Positions 1-9,083 of a stretch of 64,000 nt of DNA are shown piece after piece. A program made the position numbers and the translations under genes. How positions within the stretch are numbered: the first letter of the stretch is position 1; each line of letters begins with the position of its first letter. Source of the stretch: Candidatus Lustribacter sp. Lineage in GTDB: Bacteria; Vulcanimicrobiota; Vulcanimicrobiia; Vulcanimicrobiales; Vulcanimicrobiaceae. The DNA is taken from NCBI GenBank assembly GCA_965277805.1, contig OZ255842.1, forward strand, positions 2,624,001 to 2,688,000. Reading direction: 5' to 3'. A model generated the notes under the pieces. The model did no database searches. It was not told the origin of the DNA and saw only the letters and a list, made by a program, of their open reading frames with translations.

Positions 1-499
1 CTTTGTTGCGGCGCAAAAGCGCGAACTCCGCATCGCGCGGCACGAACGTCACGCCGGGGACGGCGCTGCGGAGAGCATCCCACTCGCGAGCCGGAAACGT
101 TTCTACCACCCCGATCGTTCCGATACGAGCCTTTGCAAGACCCTGCTCTTTCAGCGTTTCGGCGAGCTTCTTCGCCAGGTTCGCAAACATGCGGACGTCG
201 GCAATCCAGGTCACCGGACGGATCGAGGGCAACGTCCGCGCGCCGCCGTTGACGAACACGACCGGCGGCGCATCGAGCGTCACCAGCACGGCGGCATCGC
301 GGATGCGTGGAAAATAGTGCGCGACGTACGCGAGCGCTCCGCAACGCTGCGCATCCCCGTAGAAAAGCCAAGCGGAATCGCCGGCGGCTCGGATGGCCGC
401 CTGCACGTTCTCGAGCCGTGATTGCAGCAACGCCGCCGGCACGAGGTCGGCATCCCAAAAGACCGCGCCATGCTTGATGACCGTGTGAACGGTTTGCAT
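1..499 (-). CDS. M24/creatinase-like N-terminal domain protein, partial (runs off window start)
   Basis: Not in ORF track. Manual translation from ATG 499: MQTVHTVIKHGAVFWDADLVPAALLQSRLENVQAAIRAAGDSAWLFYGD...YVAHYFPRIRDAAVLV...; TGATG coupling to the upstream M24 gene; open to window edge. Confidence 0.7.
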   Translation of the reverse strand, partial: MQTVHTVIKHGAVFWDADLVPAALLQSRLENVQAAIRAAGDSAWLFYGDAQRCGALAYVAHYFPRIRDAAVLVTLDAPPVVFVNGGARTLPSIRPVTWIADVRMFANLAKKLAETLKEQGLAKARIGTIGVVETFPAREWDALRSAVPGVTFVPRDAEFALLRRNK

Positions 500-1641
500 C
501 AGACCGTGCGCCAGAAAAGCTTCGCCGGCGTCTTCGTCAGCACCCGCGGCCGCGCGTTTTCGATAACTACCGTATCGCCGAGCATTAGGTAGCCGGTGTC
601 GGGAAAATACTGATTGGGATGGATGACGAACGTCATGCCCTCTTCGAGCGTCGGACCGCCTTCCGGGTCGAGATCGCCCGGCAGCACCGACCCTCGTCCG
701 AGACCGTGACCGCGCGTGCGCATGTACGGCGGCCGGCAAAACTCACCGTAGCCGCAGTCCGCGATCACTTGGTTGGCGGCCTCAGCGATCGCGGAGCTGC
801 TCTGCCCCGGTAATGCCGCCGCGAAGGCCCGGCGCTCTGCTTCGACGAGGATGTTGAAATTTTCCACGGTTTTCGGCGTCGGCTCGCCGAGGACGAACGT
901 CCGGCATAATTGGGCGTGATAGCCGTGAAATGCGGGAGTGATTTCGCCGACGATAACGTCTCCCGCTTCGAAGCGCCGCTCGGTGGCGCTGCGCACGGCG
1001 GTGTTATGGCTTCCGCCGGCGATCAAGCCGAAATTATCGGCCGCCCCGAGCGACTTCATCGTGGCTTCCACTTCGGCCGACAACTCGTACTCCCGCATGC
1101 CCACGCGGGCAACCTCGCAGATCCTTGCAAAGCCGGCGTCGGCAATTTCCGCGGCGCGTGCAATGCGCGCGATCTCCGCCGGCGATTTCGTCGCAGCCAG
1201 GCGCGGGATAATTTCCTTTTCGTCCGTCAGCGACGCGAGCGCGGGAAACGAATCCACCGCGCGTACCGGGAGCGCATCGCCGCCGATCAGCGAGACCGGC
1301 CGCGGGGCTTGCGCGATCGATGCGGCCGCCGCATGCATCAACCCGTTTGCATTGGCCGCAACGACGTCCGCATAGGGAACGCGACGTTGGGCGCGTGGCG
1401 CATCCCATGCGGGCGTCACAAACAGCGTCGGGCGGCCGTCAAGCGGCAGCAGCAGCCAGCACGGACCGACGGCATAGAAGTCGGTGAGATAGAACAGCTC
1501 GCCCATGCGCGTCATGTCGTGCTGCGCGCTATCGTAGACGGCCAGCGTCGCGATCTTCTTCTTCGCCATCTCCGCGCGCACGCGGTCCAGCCGGCCGCGA
1601 AGTTCGGTTTCGGAAACGTGAAGCGAATCGTCGAGCAGCAT
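499..1641 (-). CDS. Xaa-Pro peptidase (M24) family protein with atypical metal ligands
   Basis: Creatinase-N region plus pita-bread motifs GDVIVGEIT, GYHAQLCRT, RGHGLG, IHPN; start moved to MLLDD at 1641. Confidence 0.85.
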   Translation of the reverse strand: MLLDDSLHVSETELRGRLDRVRAEMAKKKIATLAVYDSAQHDMTRMGELFYLTDFYAVGPCWLLLPLDGRPTLFVTPAWDAPRAQRRVPYADVVAANANGLMHAAAASIAQAPRPVSLIGGDALPVRAVDSFPALASLTDEKEIIPRLAATKSPAEIARIARAAEIADAGFARICEVARVGMREYELSAEVEATMKSLGAADNFGLIAGGSHNTAVRSATERRFEAGDVIVGEITPAFHGYHAQLCRTFVLGEPTPKTVENFNILVEAERRAFAAALPGQSSSAIAEAANQVIADCGYGEFCRPPYMRTRGHGLGRGSVLPGDLDPEGGPTLEEGMTFVIHPNQYFPDTGYLMLGDTVVIENARPRVLTKTPAKLFWRTV

Positions 1642-1697
1642 AGGGCGCCGTATTCGGCACGTCCACGAGGTTTCGCCCCTGCCGCCGCTGCACTCAA

Positions 1698-2642
1698 ATG
1701 ACGATGAAGCGTTCGCAATGGTTGGCATCAAGCGCGGCGTCGGGGATCTTCGCGGGTGCGGGGCTTTCGCGAGCGGTCGCGCAGGATGCGCCCGCGCTCA
1801 GAATCGGCCTGCCCTACGCGGAGCCGAGCGGACCGGCCTACTATGCTCAGGAGCTGGGGCTCTATAAGAAGGCCGGGCTCAACGTCGAGCTCGTGCAATT
1901 GCAAAACGGAGCAGCCATCGCGGCCGCCGTGATCGGGGGCACCGTCGACATCGGCGCCTCCCAAATTCTCTCGCTAGCGGTCGCACGCTTGCGCGGCGTA
2001 CCGTTCATGATGATCGCAGCGGGCGGCTTGTGGGATGCCGCGCGCCCCAACGCGGGGTTGATCGTCGCGCCCAACTCGCAGCTCACGCGCGGGCGCGACC
2101 TCGTCGGCCGCACGGTCGGAACGACCGTGCTCGGTGGAACCGATCAGTTGGGCGTATTCGCGTACGTCGACCGCGACGGCGCGGATCACAAAGGCGTGAA
2201 GTTCGTTGAAATGCCGGCCAGCGTCATGGTCGACGCCGTCCTGCAGGGCCGCGTCGACACGGCGCACGTAACCGACCCGGCGTTCTCGGATGCGATCGCT
2301 TCCAAGCGCATCCGCATTCTGACGAATCCCTTGAGCAGCATCGCGCGGCGGTTTATCCTAACCGCCTACTTCACGAATAGCAGTTGGCTCGCTGCGAACA
2401 AACGCGCCGCGCAAGCATTTGCCGGCGTGATCAACGACGCCGGCGTGTGGGCGATGAACAATCGCGAAGCGGCGGCGCAGATGCTCGCGAAGTACATCCC
2501 GATGGCGGAGCCGCGCGTTACGTCCACATTCGGTGACAGGCTCGACCCGGCGCTCGTTCAGCCGATGTACGATCTGGGCGCCAAGTACGGTTTTCTTTCG
2601 AGCCCGGTCGACAGCAAGACGATGCTCTGGAACGGCAAGTAA
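1698..2642 (+). CDS. ABC transporter substrate-binding protein (SsuA/NitT/TauT-like)
   Basis: Signal peptide MKRSQWLA...AVAQ; GLYKKAGLNVEL, GTVDIG motifs. Confidence 0.85.
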   Translation: MTMKRSQWLASSAASGIFAGAGLSRAVAQDAPALRIGLPYAEPSGPAYYAQELGLYKKAGLNVELVQLQNGAAIAAAVIGGTVDIGASQILSLAVARLRGVPFMMIAAGGLWDAARPNAGLIVAPNSQLTRGRDLVGRTVGTTVLGGTDQLGVFAYVDRDGADHKGVKFVEMPASVMVDAVLQGRVDTAHVTDPAFSDAIASKRIRILTNPLSSIARRFILTAYFTNSSWLAANKRAAQAFAGVINDAGVWAMNNREAAAQMLAKYIPMAEPRVTSTFGDRLDPALVQPMYDLGAKYGFLSSPVDSKTMLWNGK

Positions 2643-2648
2643 GGACGC

Positions 2649-2701
2649 CTTAAGACGTTCGAAATCTGCCCTTAATTTAAGCTTTACCGCAGACTTTTAA
2701 C
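2649..2701 (+). promoter_or_regulatory. AT-rich promoter with CTTAA-like repeats on an 11-bp phase (possible Pho/OmpR-type box)
   Basis: CTTAA 2649, CTTAA 2671, CTTTA 2682, upstream of the TonB receptor. Confidence 0.35.
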
Positions 2702-2753
2702 GTACGGCTAAGTCGGGCCTCGGCTCGAGACTTTTTGTTTTTTGGAGGGTTCG

Positions 2754-5669
2754 TTGCGCATCCGTACCTTGAGCGCGGCTTTTTTTGTCATGTGCGCGAT
2801 CGCACTGCCGCACGTCGCGATCGACGCGCAGACCAGCAAGACGATCGCAGCCGCACCCGGCGATAGCCGTCCACCGTCGCTCGGCATAAGCATCGTGATC
2901 AACCCGGGCGCCGGTGTCGGCACCTTAACGAGAGGACAGGTCGCCGGCGTCTTCAACGGCACCGTGACCAATTGGAGCCAGGTCGGCGGCGCAAACGTTC
3001 CGATCGCGGTCGTCACCCGCGGAACGGATTCGCTCGCGCAAGCGGCCTTCGATAAGGTATACCTCGGCGGTGCGAATCCGACTGCAGGCCAGGCGCAGCC
3101 AGGTACGGCTGCCGCGATCGACGCCGTGAGCGTCAACCCGGGCGGCGTAACCTTTGCGTTCGACAACGAACTCACGGGTGCCGGCGGTGTCGCCTTCGTG
3201 AGCGTGAGCGACGTACGGCAGACCGACGTGACCGGCCTCATCAACCTCGGCACGGTGGGTCAAACGACGGAAGCGGGTGCCTTCCAGATCATTGGCGGCG
3301 CAACGTCGAGCGGGCCGGCAATCGGAACAATAGCACCCACCCAGGCTGACGTTCATTCGATGGAAGCGCATTCGTTGATCACGCGGGACTTCATCGAAGA
3401 AAACGCGTCGCCGATCGCGGAATTTACGCGCATCGCGACGATCGCTCCGAGCGTCACCAACACGGGTGCGGTCAACGGACCGGGGCTCTCCGAGCAAACG
3501 CTGATCATTCGCGGCATGGCAAAAGACTTCACCAACCTCACGTTCGACGGTATCCCCGTCAGCGACACCAATGATCCGTCCTACCATTCCACCTCGTTCT
3601 TCCCGGAACTGATCGTCGGCGGCGTCGACGTCGTTCGCGGCCCCGGCTATGCGAGCAACATGGGCTATGCCACGTTCGGCGGTTCTGAAAACGTGTACAC
3701 CCTCGCGCCGTCGGAAACGAAGTCGCTTGATGCCGCCTTTTCCTACGGTTCGTGGAACACGTACATCGGCAGCCTGAGCTATCAAAGCGGCCGCCAGAAA
3801 TGGCTCGGCAACGGAACGCTGATCGCCACCTACCAGGACCTCGGCTCGCAAGGGTATCTCACCGGCAACGCGATTTGGAGCCGCAACTACTCGTTCAAGT
3901 ACGAAGTGCCGCTCGGCAGCAAGACGCTCTTGGACGCGTTCGCGACTTGGAACGATCAAGCGTTTAATGCTGCCGACGCCGGCCCCGGCGCCACGGCCTA
4001 CGAGATTCAAACCTTCGGCGCGGACTACAGCCTGAACAACAACCCGGCCAGCGGTGAATATACCGGCTATAACTTTCAAATCAAAACCACCGACCTCGGT
4101 TATTTACGCCTGCGCACCGATCTCGGCGGCGGTGCCTATCTAGACAACAAGCTCTACACCTACCGTTACGACAACGAGACGACGGCGGCCGATACGGTCG
4201 GTCTGACCTCGACAATGGCGGCAGCCGGACAGTATCCCTCGCAAGGCACGATCACGTGCATCGCGAGCCCCGCCGCATGTACGGCTCCGCTCACGCCTGG
4301 ATCGCTCGCCTCAAACGGCCTAAAGTATAACCCGACCGATATCGGCGGCTATCTCAAGCGCAACAAATACATCGCCTTCGGTGACATTCTCCAGGGCACG
4401 AAAACGTTCGGCGACAGCTTCCTGCGCGCCGGCATCTGGCTCGAACACTCCGACACGGATCGCCACCAGTACTCGGTCGATCTTACGGACGGCGCCTACA
4501 ACTACGTCAATGGTTCGAACTGCCTCTTCGGCACGGCCCTCGGCGCCGGACAGATCTCCGGTGCAGCGGCCCCGACGGTCATTGCCCCGAACTGCGCTGC
4601 GTCGGCCGCCGGTCTTCCGGCCGGTTTGAAACAATTGCCCGGTCCGAGCGCCGGCGCGCTGCTCAACGGCGTGCCCATCGGAGCCGTCAAGTTCGACCAG
4701 CAGTCGCAGATCCTCAACGCCCAACCGTTCGTCGAATTTCAGTGGGTGCTGCCCAGCGGCACCACGATCTACCCCGGCTTCAAGTGGCTGAACATCCAAC
4801 GCTACGATGACGCGGCGATTCAGAATACGTCGCGCACGCCCAACTCCACCAACAAGATCCTCTACCAAGCGGGCCTGCCGTTTCTCTCGATCAATCAGCC
4901 GATCACGAAAAATCCCGGCGCGAACACGAACAGTGCGTTCTTCTTCCAGTATGGTCGCGGCTACGAGATTCCCGATCTCGCGACATTTTACGTGGCCAAT
5001 CCCCTGCAGAACTCGCCGACACCGAACTCGACCTCAACCTATCAGGCCGGGTTCGTCGGCACGTCAAACGAATTTCTCTGGGACGTCGACTACTACACGA
5101 TCAACTTCTCCGATCTGCAGAGCGCGCTCAGTGTCGACGCAGCCGGCAATCTCTGTGCGGCGGCAGCGGCGGGTTGCAACTACACCGCGTACTTCGATGT
5201 CGGCGGCGCGAAATATCAAGGCTTCGAATTTGAAGGCACGCTGAATCTCGGCGGCGGCGCGGCGCTCTACGCAAACTTTTCGACCGACGAAGCCAAAGAG
5301 CTGACGTACAACACTCAAGTCAAGGGCGTACCCGAGATGACGGCCGCGCTGGGCCTTCTCTATAAATCGAAACATCTCGACTCGTCGCTGATCTACAAAC
5401 AGATCGGTTTCCAATACCTCAACGCGTACACGGGCCCAGCGTCCGCGGCGAACTACAATGATCCGGCCCAGCAAGTCCAGCCCTACGGTCTGCTCGATTT
5501 CGATCTGACCTGGCGGGTGGGCCGCGGAATATTCCAGTTCAACGCTTACAATGTCGGCAACTCGCAACCGTACTTGTCGGCCGTCACGACGACGCTAACG
5601 TCCGGCAGCCTGATGAACCACATTGCGCCGACGAGCATGCTGCTGAGTTACAAGCAAAAACTCTTCTAG
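2754..5669 (+). CDS. TonB-dependent receptor with N-terminal PstS/PBP-like segment
   Basis: TTG 2754 after GGAGGG; signal peptide; plug motifs IIRG, TFDGIPV, VDVVRGPG; barrel with C-terminal F; N-terminal LTRGQVAGVFNGTVTNWSQVGG...IAVVTR. Confidence 0.85.
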   Translation: MRIRTLSAAFFVMCAIALPHVAIDAQTSKTIAAAPGDSRPPSLGISIVINPGAGVGTLTRGQVAGVFNGTVTNWSQVGGANVPIAVVTRGTDSLAQAAFDKVYLGGANPTAGQAQPGTAAAIDAVSVNPGGVTFAFDNELTGAGGVAFVSVSDVRQTDVTGLINLGTVGQTTEAGAFQIIGGATSSGPAIGTIAPTQADVHSMEAHSLITRDFIEENASPIAEFTRIATIAPSVTNTGAVNGPGLSEQTLIIRGMAKDFTNLTFDGIPVSDTNDPSYHSTSFFPELIVGGVDVVRGPGYASNMGYATFGGSENVYTLAPSETKSLDAAFSYGSWNTYIGSLSYQSGRQKWLGNGTLIATYQDLGSQGYLTGNAIWSRNYSFKYEVPLGSKTLLDAFATWNDQAFNAADAGPGATAYEIQTFGADYSLNNNPASGEYTGYNFQIKTTDLGYLRLRTDLGGGAYLDNKLYTYRYDNETTAADTVGLTSTMAAAGQYPSQGTITCIASPAACTAPLTPGSLASNGLKYNPTDIGGYLKRNKYIAFGDILQGTKTFGDSFLRAGIWLEHSDTDRHQYSVDLTDGAYNYVNGSNCLFGTALGAGQISGAAAPTVIAPNCAASAAGLPAGLKQLPGPSAGALLNGVPIGAVKFDQQSQILNAQPFVEFQWVLPSGTTIYPGFKWLNIQRYDDAAIQNTSRTPNSTNKILYQAGLPFLSINQPITKNPGANTNSAFFFQYGRGYEIPDLATFYVANPLQNSPTPNSTSTYQAGFVGTSNEFLWDVDYYTINFSDLQSALSVDAAGNLCAAAAAGCNYTAYFDVGGAKYQGFEFEGTLNLGGGAALYANFSTDEAKELTYNTQVKGVPEMTAALGLLYKSKHLDSSLIYKQIGFQYLNAYTGPASAANYNDPAQQVQPYGLLDFDLTWRVGRGIFQFNAYNVGNSQPYLSAVTTTLTSGSLMNHIAPTSMLLSYKQKLF

Positions 5670-5691
5670 CGTTTTACCGGCGCAACACCAC

Positions 5692-5731
5692 GCGAGCCCG
5701 CCAGGGCTGTACCCGGCGGGCTCGTCTTTTT
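5692..5731 (+). terminator. Intrinsic terminator
   Basis: gcgagcccgcc...ggcgggctcgt stem followed by a T-run. Confidence 0.8.
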
Positions 5732-5771
5732 GCCAAAGGATTCGCGCCCACGGGCGTCTGAGCACGGAGGC

Positions 5772-6947
5772 ATGATCAAACGTTTTCCGGCTCTGCTCGT
5801 CCTCGGGGCGCTGCTTCTCTCGCTGCGGCCGCCGGCCGAGGCCCAACCCGCTCCGCTCGAGATCAACATCATGCTCTCGATGACCGGACCCGCCGCGTTT
5901 CTCGGCAACGCCGAGTTCGCTGCCTTTCAGGCCGCGGAGAAAACCGTCAACGCGCACGGCGGCGTCAAGGGCCGGCCGATCAAGATCGTGATTTCGGACG
6001 ACGCATCGAGCCCGCAAGTGGCGCTGCAGCTCGCCAACTCGTTCATCGCCAAAGGCGTGCCGGTCTTCCTCGGATCCCCGTTCGCATCGGCCTGCGGCTC
6101 GTTTCTTGCGATCGTCGCGAAAAATGGTCCGGTGAATTTCTGTCTGTCGCCACCGGTCAGCGCGCCGCCCGGAAGCTACGTCTTCACGGCCGGCGCCAGC
6201 GCCGCCGATCTCACCGTGGCGCTGATCCGGTACTTCCGCGAGAAGGGCATGACGCGCTTCGCGATCATCTCGACCACCGACGCCACCGGTCACGCGTTTG
6301 AGGCCGGTTATCTGACCATCCTCGGGCGGCCGGAAAACAAGAAGCTTCAAATCGTCGCAAACGAGCACTACAACCCGACCGACCTCAGCACGTCGGCGCA
6401 GATCGCGCACATCAAGGCGGCCGATCCGCAAGTGCTGCTGACCGGCACGGTCGGCACGCCGATGGGCACGATCTTGCGCGGCGTGCAAGACGTCGGCCTC
6501 GATATCCCGATCGTCGCCGTCAACGGCAACATGCTCTATCAGGAGATGGATCAGTTCGCCGCGATCATTCCGAAGGAACTGGATTTCCCGTCGTACCGCG
6601 CCATGATCGAAGGCGACGTGCGGCCCGGCCCGATCCGCGACGCGCAAAAAGTCTTCTTCAGCGCGCTCAAGGGCGCAAACTTGAAACCCGACGCCGCATC
6701 GGTGACGGGTTGGGATCCGCTGATGATCGTGTTGAGCGCCTACGCGCATCTCGGTATGAACCCGACGGCGGCGCAAATCCACGATTACATCGAGAACCTG
6801 CACGGGTTTGCCGGCGTGAACGGTCTGTATGATTTCCGCGACGGCGGTCAGCGCGGGATCGGCGCGCAAGTCATCGTCGTCGATCGCTGGGATCCCAAGG
6901 CCAAGACGTTCATCGTCTTGAGTAAGCCGGGCGGCTCGCCAAAGTAA
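5772..6947 (+). CDS. ABC substrate-binding protein (LivJ/PBP1 type)
   Basis: GGAGG-ATG; MTGPAAFLG, VNAHGGVKGRPIKIVISDD motifs. Confidence 0.85.
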   Translation: MIKRFPALLVLGALLLSLRPPAEAQPAPLEINIMLSMTGPAAFLGNAEFAAFQAAEKTVNAHGGVKGRPIKIVISDDASSPQVALQLANSFIAKGVPVFLGSPFASACGSFLAIVAKNGPVNFCLSPPVSAPPGSYVFTAGASAADLTVALIRYFREKGMTRFAIISTTDATGHAFEAGYLTILGRPENKKLQIVANEHYNPTDLSTSAQIAHIKAADPQVLLTGTVGTPMGTILRGVQDVGLDIPIVAVNGNMLYQEMDQFAAIIPKELDFPSYRAMIEGDVRPGPIRDAQKVFFSALKGANLKPDAASVTGWDPLMIVLSAYAHLGMNPTAAQIHDYIENLHGFAGVNGLYDFRDGGQRGIGAQVIVVDRWDPKAKTFIVLSKPGGSPK

Positions 6948-6972
6948 AGCTTTAGCGTTGCACGCCAGCAAG

Positions 6973-7791
6973 ATGCGCCGATTTATGCCGCTTCCGGTTT
7001 TTCTATTTGCCGCCGCAATCGGCGCCGCACCCGTAAGCGCGGACACACCGGACTTCGCGCCGGCAAGTCCGCCGAGCGCGTGCTCGACGCAAAATCCGGC
7101 ATTCACCACCGACGATCTCAGCGGCGTCGCCTCGCCGTGCGTCGTGACGCCGGGATCGCTGCTGATCGAAACGCTCTATTACCAAAACGCATCGCGCATC
7201 GGCGGCACGGCGCTAGCCGCATATCCGCTCTTCCGTCTGCGCAGCGGCATCGTGCGCCGCGTCGAGCTGGTCGTCGATCTGCCCTCGCAAATCGCCGAGT
7301 CGGGCCTCAACGGTGCAGGTCTCTATCCGCGCACGCAGATGGGTTACGGGTTGAATTACACGGCCATTGCTAACGCGCGCTTGGCGGCAGCGTTCGGGGC
7401 CGAAGTCATGCCGCCGAGCTCGCGCTTTACCGTCAACGAAGCGCAGCCTCGGTACGTGATCGATTTCACGGTGGGCTACCATCTGCTGCCCCACGCAACG
7501 CTCTCGGCGATTGCCAGCGGCTCGTCCTCACGTCAAGTCGGCTTCAACCAAGTCTTCCCGGCAGCAGCCGTACGCATGGCCTACGATTCGAGCGTCGCGA
7601 CGCAGTTCTCGACCGATGTCGGGGCGCGCGTCGTTACACGACATTCCGTCGCGCAAGCGTACGGCGACATCGCGGTCAGCGAACGGCTGCGCAAGAACTG
7701 CACCTTCGCCGTCGGCCTCGGCACGACGTTCAACCCGGTGTCGAACGCCAAGGCGCACTATCTCGCGAGCGGCTTAAACTTCCACCTTTAA
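6973..7791 (+). CDS. Secreted putative outer-membrane beta-barrel/transporter protein
   Basis: Signal peptide, amphipathic beta pattern, aromatic residue near the C-terminus (LNFHL). Confidence 0.55.
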   Translation: MRRFMPLPVFLFAAAIGAAPVSADTPDFAPASPPSACSTQNPAFTTDDLSGVASPCVVTPGSLLIETLYYQNASRIGGTALAAYPLFRLRSGIVRRVELVVDLPSQIAESGLNGAGLYPRTQMGYGLNYTAIANARLAAAFGAEVMPPSSRFTVNEAQPRYVIDFTVGYHLLPHATLSAIASGSSSRQVGFNQVFPAAAVRMAYDSSVATQFSTDVGARVVTRHSVAQAYGDIAVSERLRKNCTFAVGLGTTFNPVSNAKAHYLASGLNFHL

Positions 7792-9015
7792 CTGTTCGTC
7801 GTAGGCGGCGGGCATTGCGACTTGGCGTGAGAGCAGAATCTCGCGGCGCTCGCGCGCAGACTCGATCAGCGCCACCACAACTTCGAGCGTCGCGCGGCCC
7901 CACACGCCGTCGTGGAAGAGCGGCCGGCCGTTGACGACGCTGTCGTAGAGTTCGCCGAGGATCGAGAGCGTCAGGCCGCCGGAGGGATCGGCTTCGGGGC
8001 GCTGCAGGTCGCGTAGATCGAGTTCTTCGCGGCCGCGATCGCTATAAACGATGATCCCGTTCTCCGCGCTGCGCATCATGCCGCGCTCGCAGCTCACCTC
8101 GACCGGTCCGAGGTCGAACGGCTTCCATCCCTGACGGCCGGCGTGTTTCTTTTTCGTCGGATCGCGGCGCCCGCCGATACGCCAGTCGGCTTTCTCGCCG
8201 TCTTCGTCGCGCGTGCCGGAGAGCAAGTCGCGGCGCATGCGCGCGCGATCGGCATCGCTGAATCGCTCGTCCGCCGCGACCCACGGATACAATTCGGACA
8301 TCACGAAGTAGCCGTAGCCGTTGTGCATGATCGTGGCCGGCGTGCCGTCCTCGAACTCGAGAAACGCGGTGTAGTATCCCGGCACGGGCCGCGCTTCGAG
8401 CCAGCGCCCGGTTTGCGCGCGCACGCTGCGCACCAGACCGCCGCCGAGCAACCGGATCGTATCGATTTGATGCGGACCCTGACGGAACACGATGCCGCCG
8501 CCTTGTTCGGGATCGAGTTCGTCGGCCGTGCGCGGCCGGATGAGCCAATCGGTATACGCCCAGATATGGATCGCGGTCACCGCGCCGAGCGCGCCGCCGA
8601 GCGCGATCCGCCGCATCGCGCGATTCCAGATCGAGAGGCTGCGCGTGTGGCCGCAGGCAAGGCGCACGCCGTATTTCTCTGCGGTCTCGACCATGCGGTC
8701 CGCCTCGGCCAAATCGACCGCCATCGGCTTCTCGACGACGACGTGCTTGCCGTGGCGCATGGCCTCGATCGCGTGCTCGCAATGAAAGCGATTCGGCGTC
8801 GCGACCCACACCGCATCGACGTCATCGGCGGCGCACATCTCCGCTACCGTCGCGTACGTCTTCGTGCCGGGATAGGCGGCCTCGAAGCCGGCCCGCATCG
8901 CCGGGTTCATGTCGGCCCCGGCCACGAGCGCGTACTCCGGCATCACGTCGATGGCGGGCATCGTGCTCGCCGCTCCTTGACCCAGGCCTGCCATCCCCAT
9001 TCGCAACTGTCGCAC
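7774..9015 (-). CDS. Gfo/Idh/MocA oxidoreductase (phthalate cis-dihydrodiol dehydrogenase-like)
   Basis: GMAGLG, ATPNRFH, VEKPMA, YTDWLIRPR, QGPHQID; GTG 9015 after AAGGAG. Confidence 0.85.
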   Translation of the reverse strand: MRQLRMGMAGLGQGAASTMPAIDVMPEYALVAGADMNPAMRAGFEAAYPGTKTYATVAEMCAADDVDAVWVATPNRFHCEHAIEAMRHGKHVVVEKPMAVDLAEADRMVETAEKYGVRLACGHTRSLSIWNRAMRRIALGGALGAVTAIHIWAYTDWLIRPRTADELDPEQGGGIVFRQGPHQIDTIRLLGGGLVRSVRAQTGRWLEARPVPGYYTAFLEFEDGTPATIMHNGYGYFVMSELYPWVAADERFSDADRARMRRDLLSGTRDEDGEKADWRIGGRRDPTKKKHAGRQGWKPFDLGPVEVSCERGMMRSAENGIIVYSDRGREELDLRDLQRPEADPSGGLTLSILGELYDSVVNGRPLFHDGVWGRATLEVVVALIESARERREILLSRQVAMPAAYDEQLKVEV

Positions 9016-9047
9016 GCGGCAATCTCCTTCGCCGGGCACCGTAAACC

Positions 9048-9077
9048 TTGGACAAACGCACCCGGCCGCGCTAGACT
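9048..9077 (+). promoter_or_regulatory. Sigma70-type promoter, probably leaderless transcript
   Basis: TTGGAC(9048)-N18-TAGACT(9072), then ATG 6 nt downstream with no SD. Confidence 0.5.
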
Positions 9078-9083
9078 CGAATC

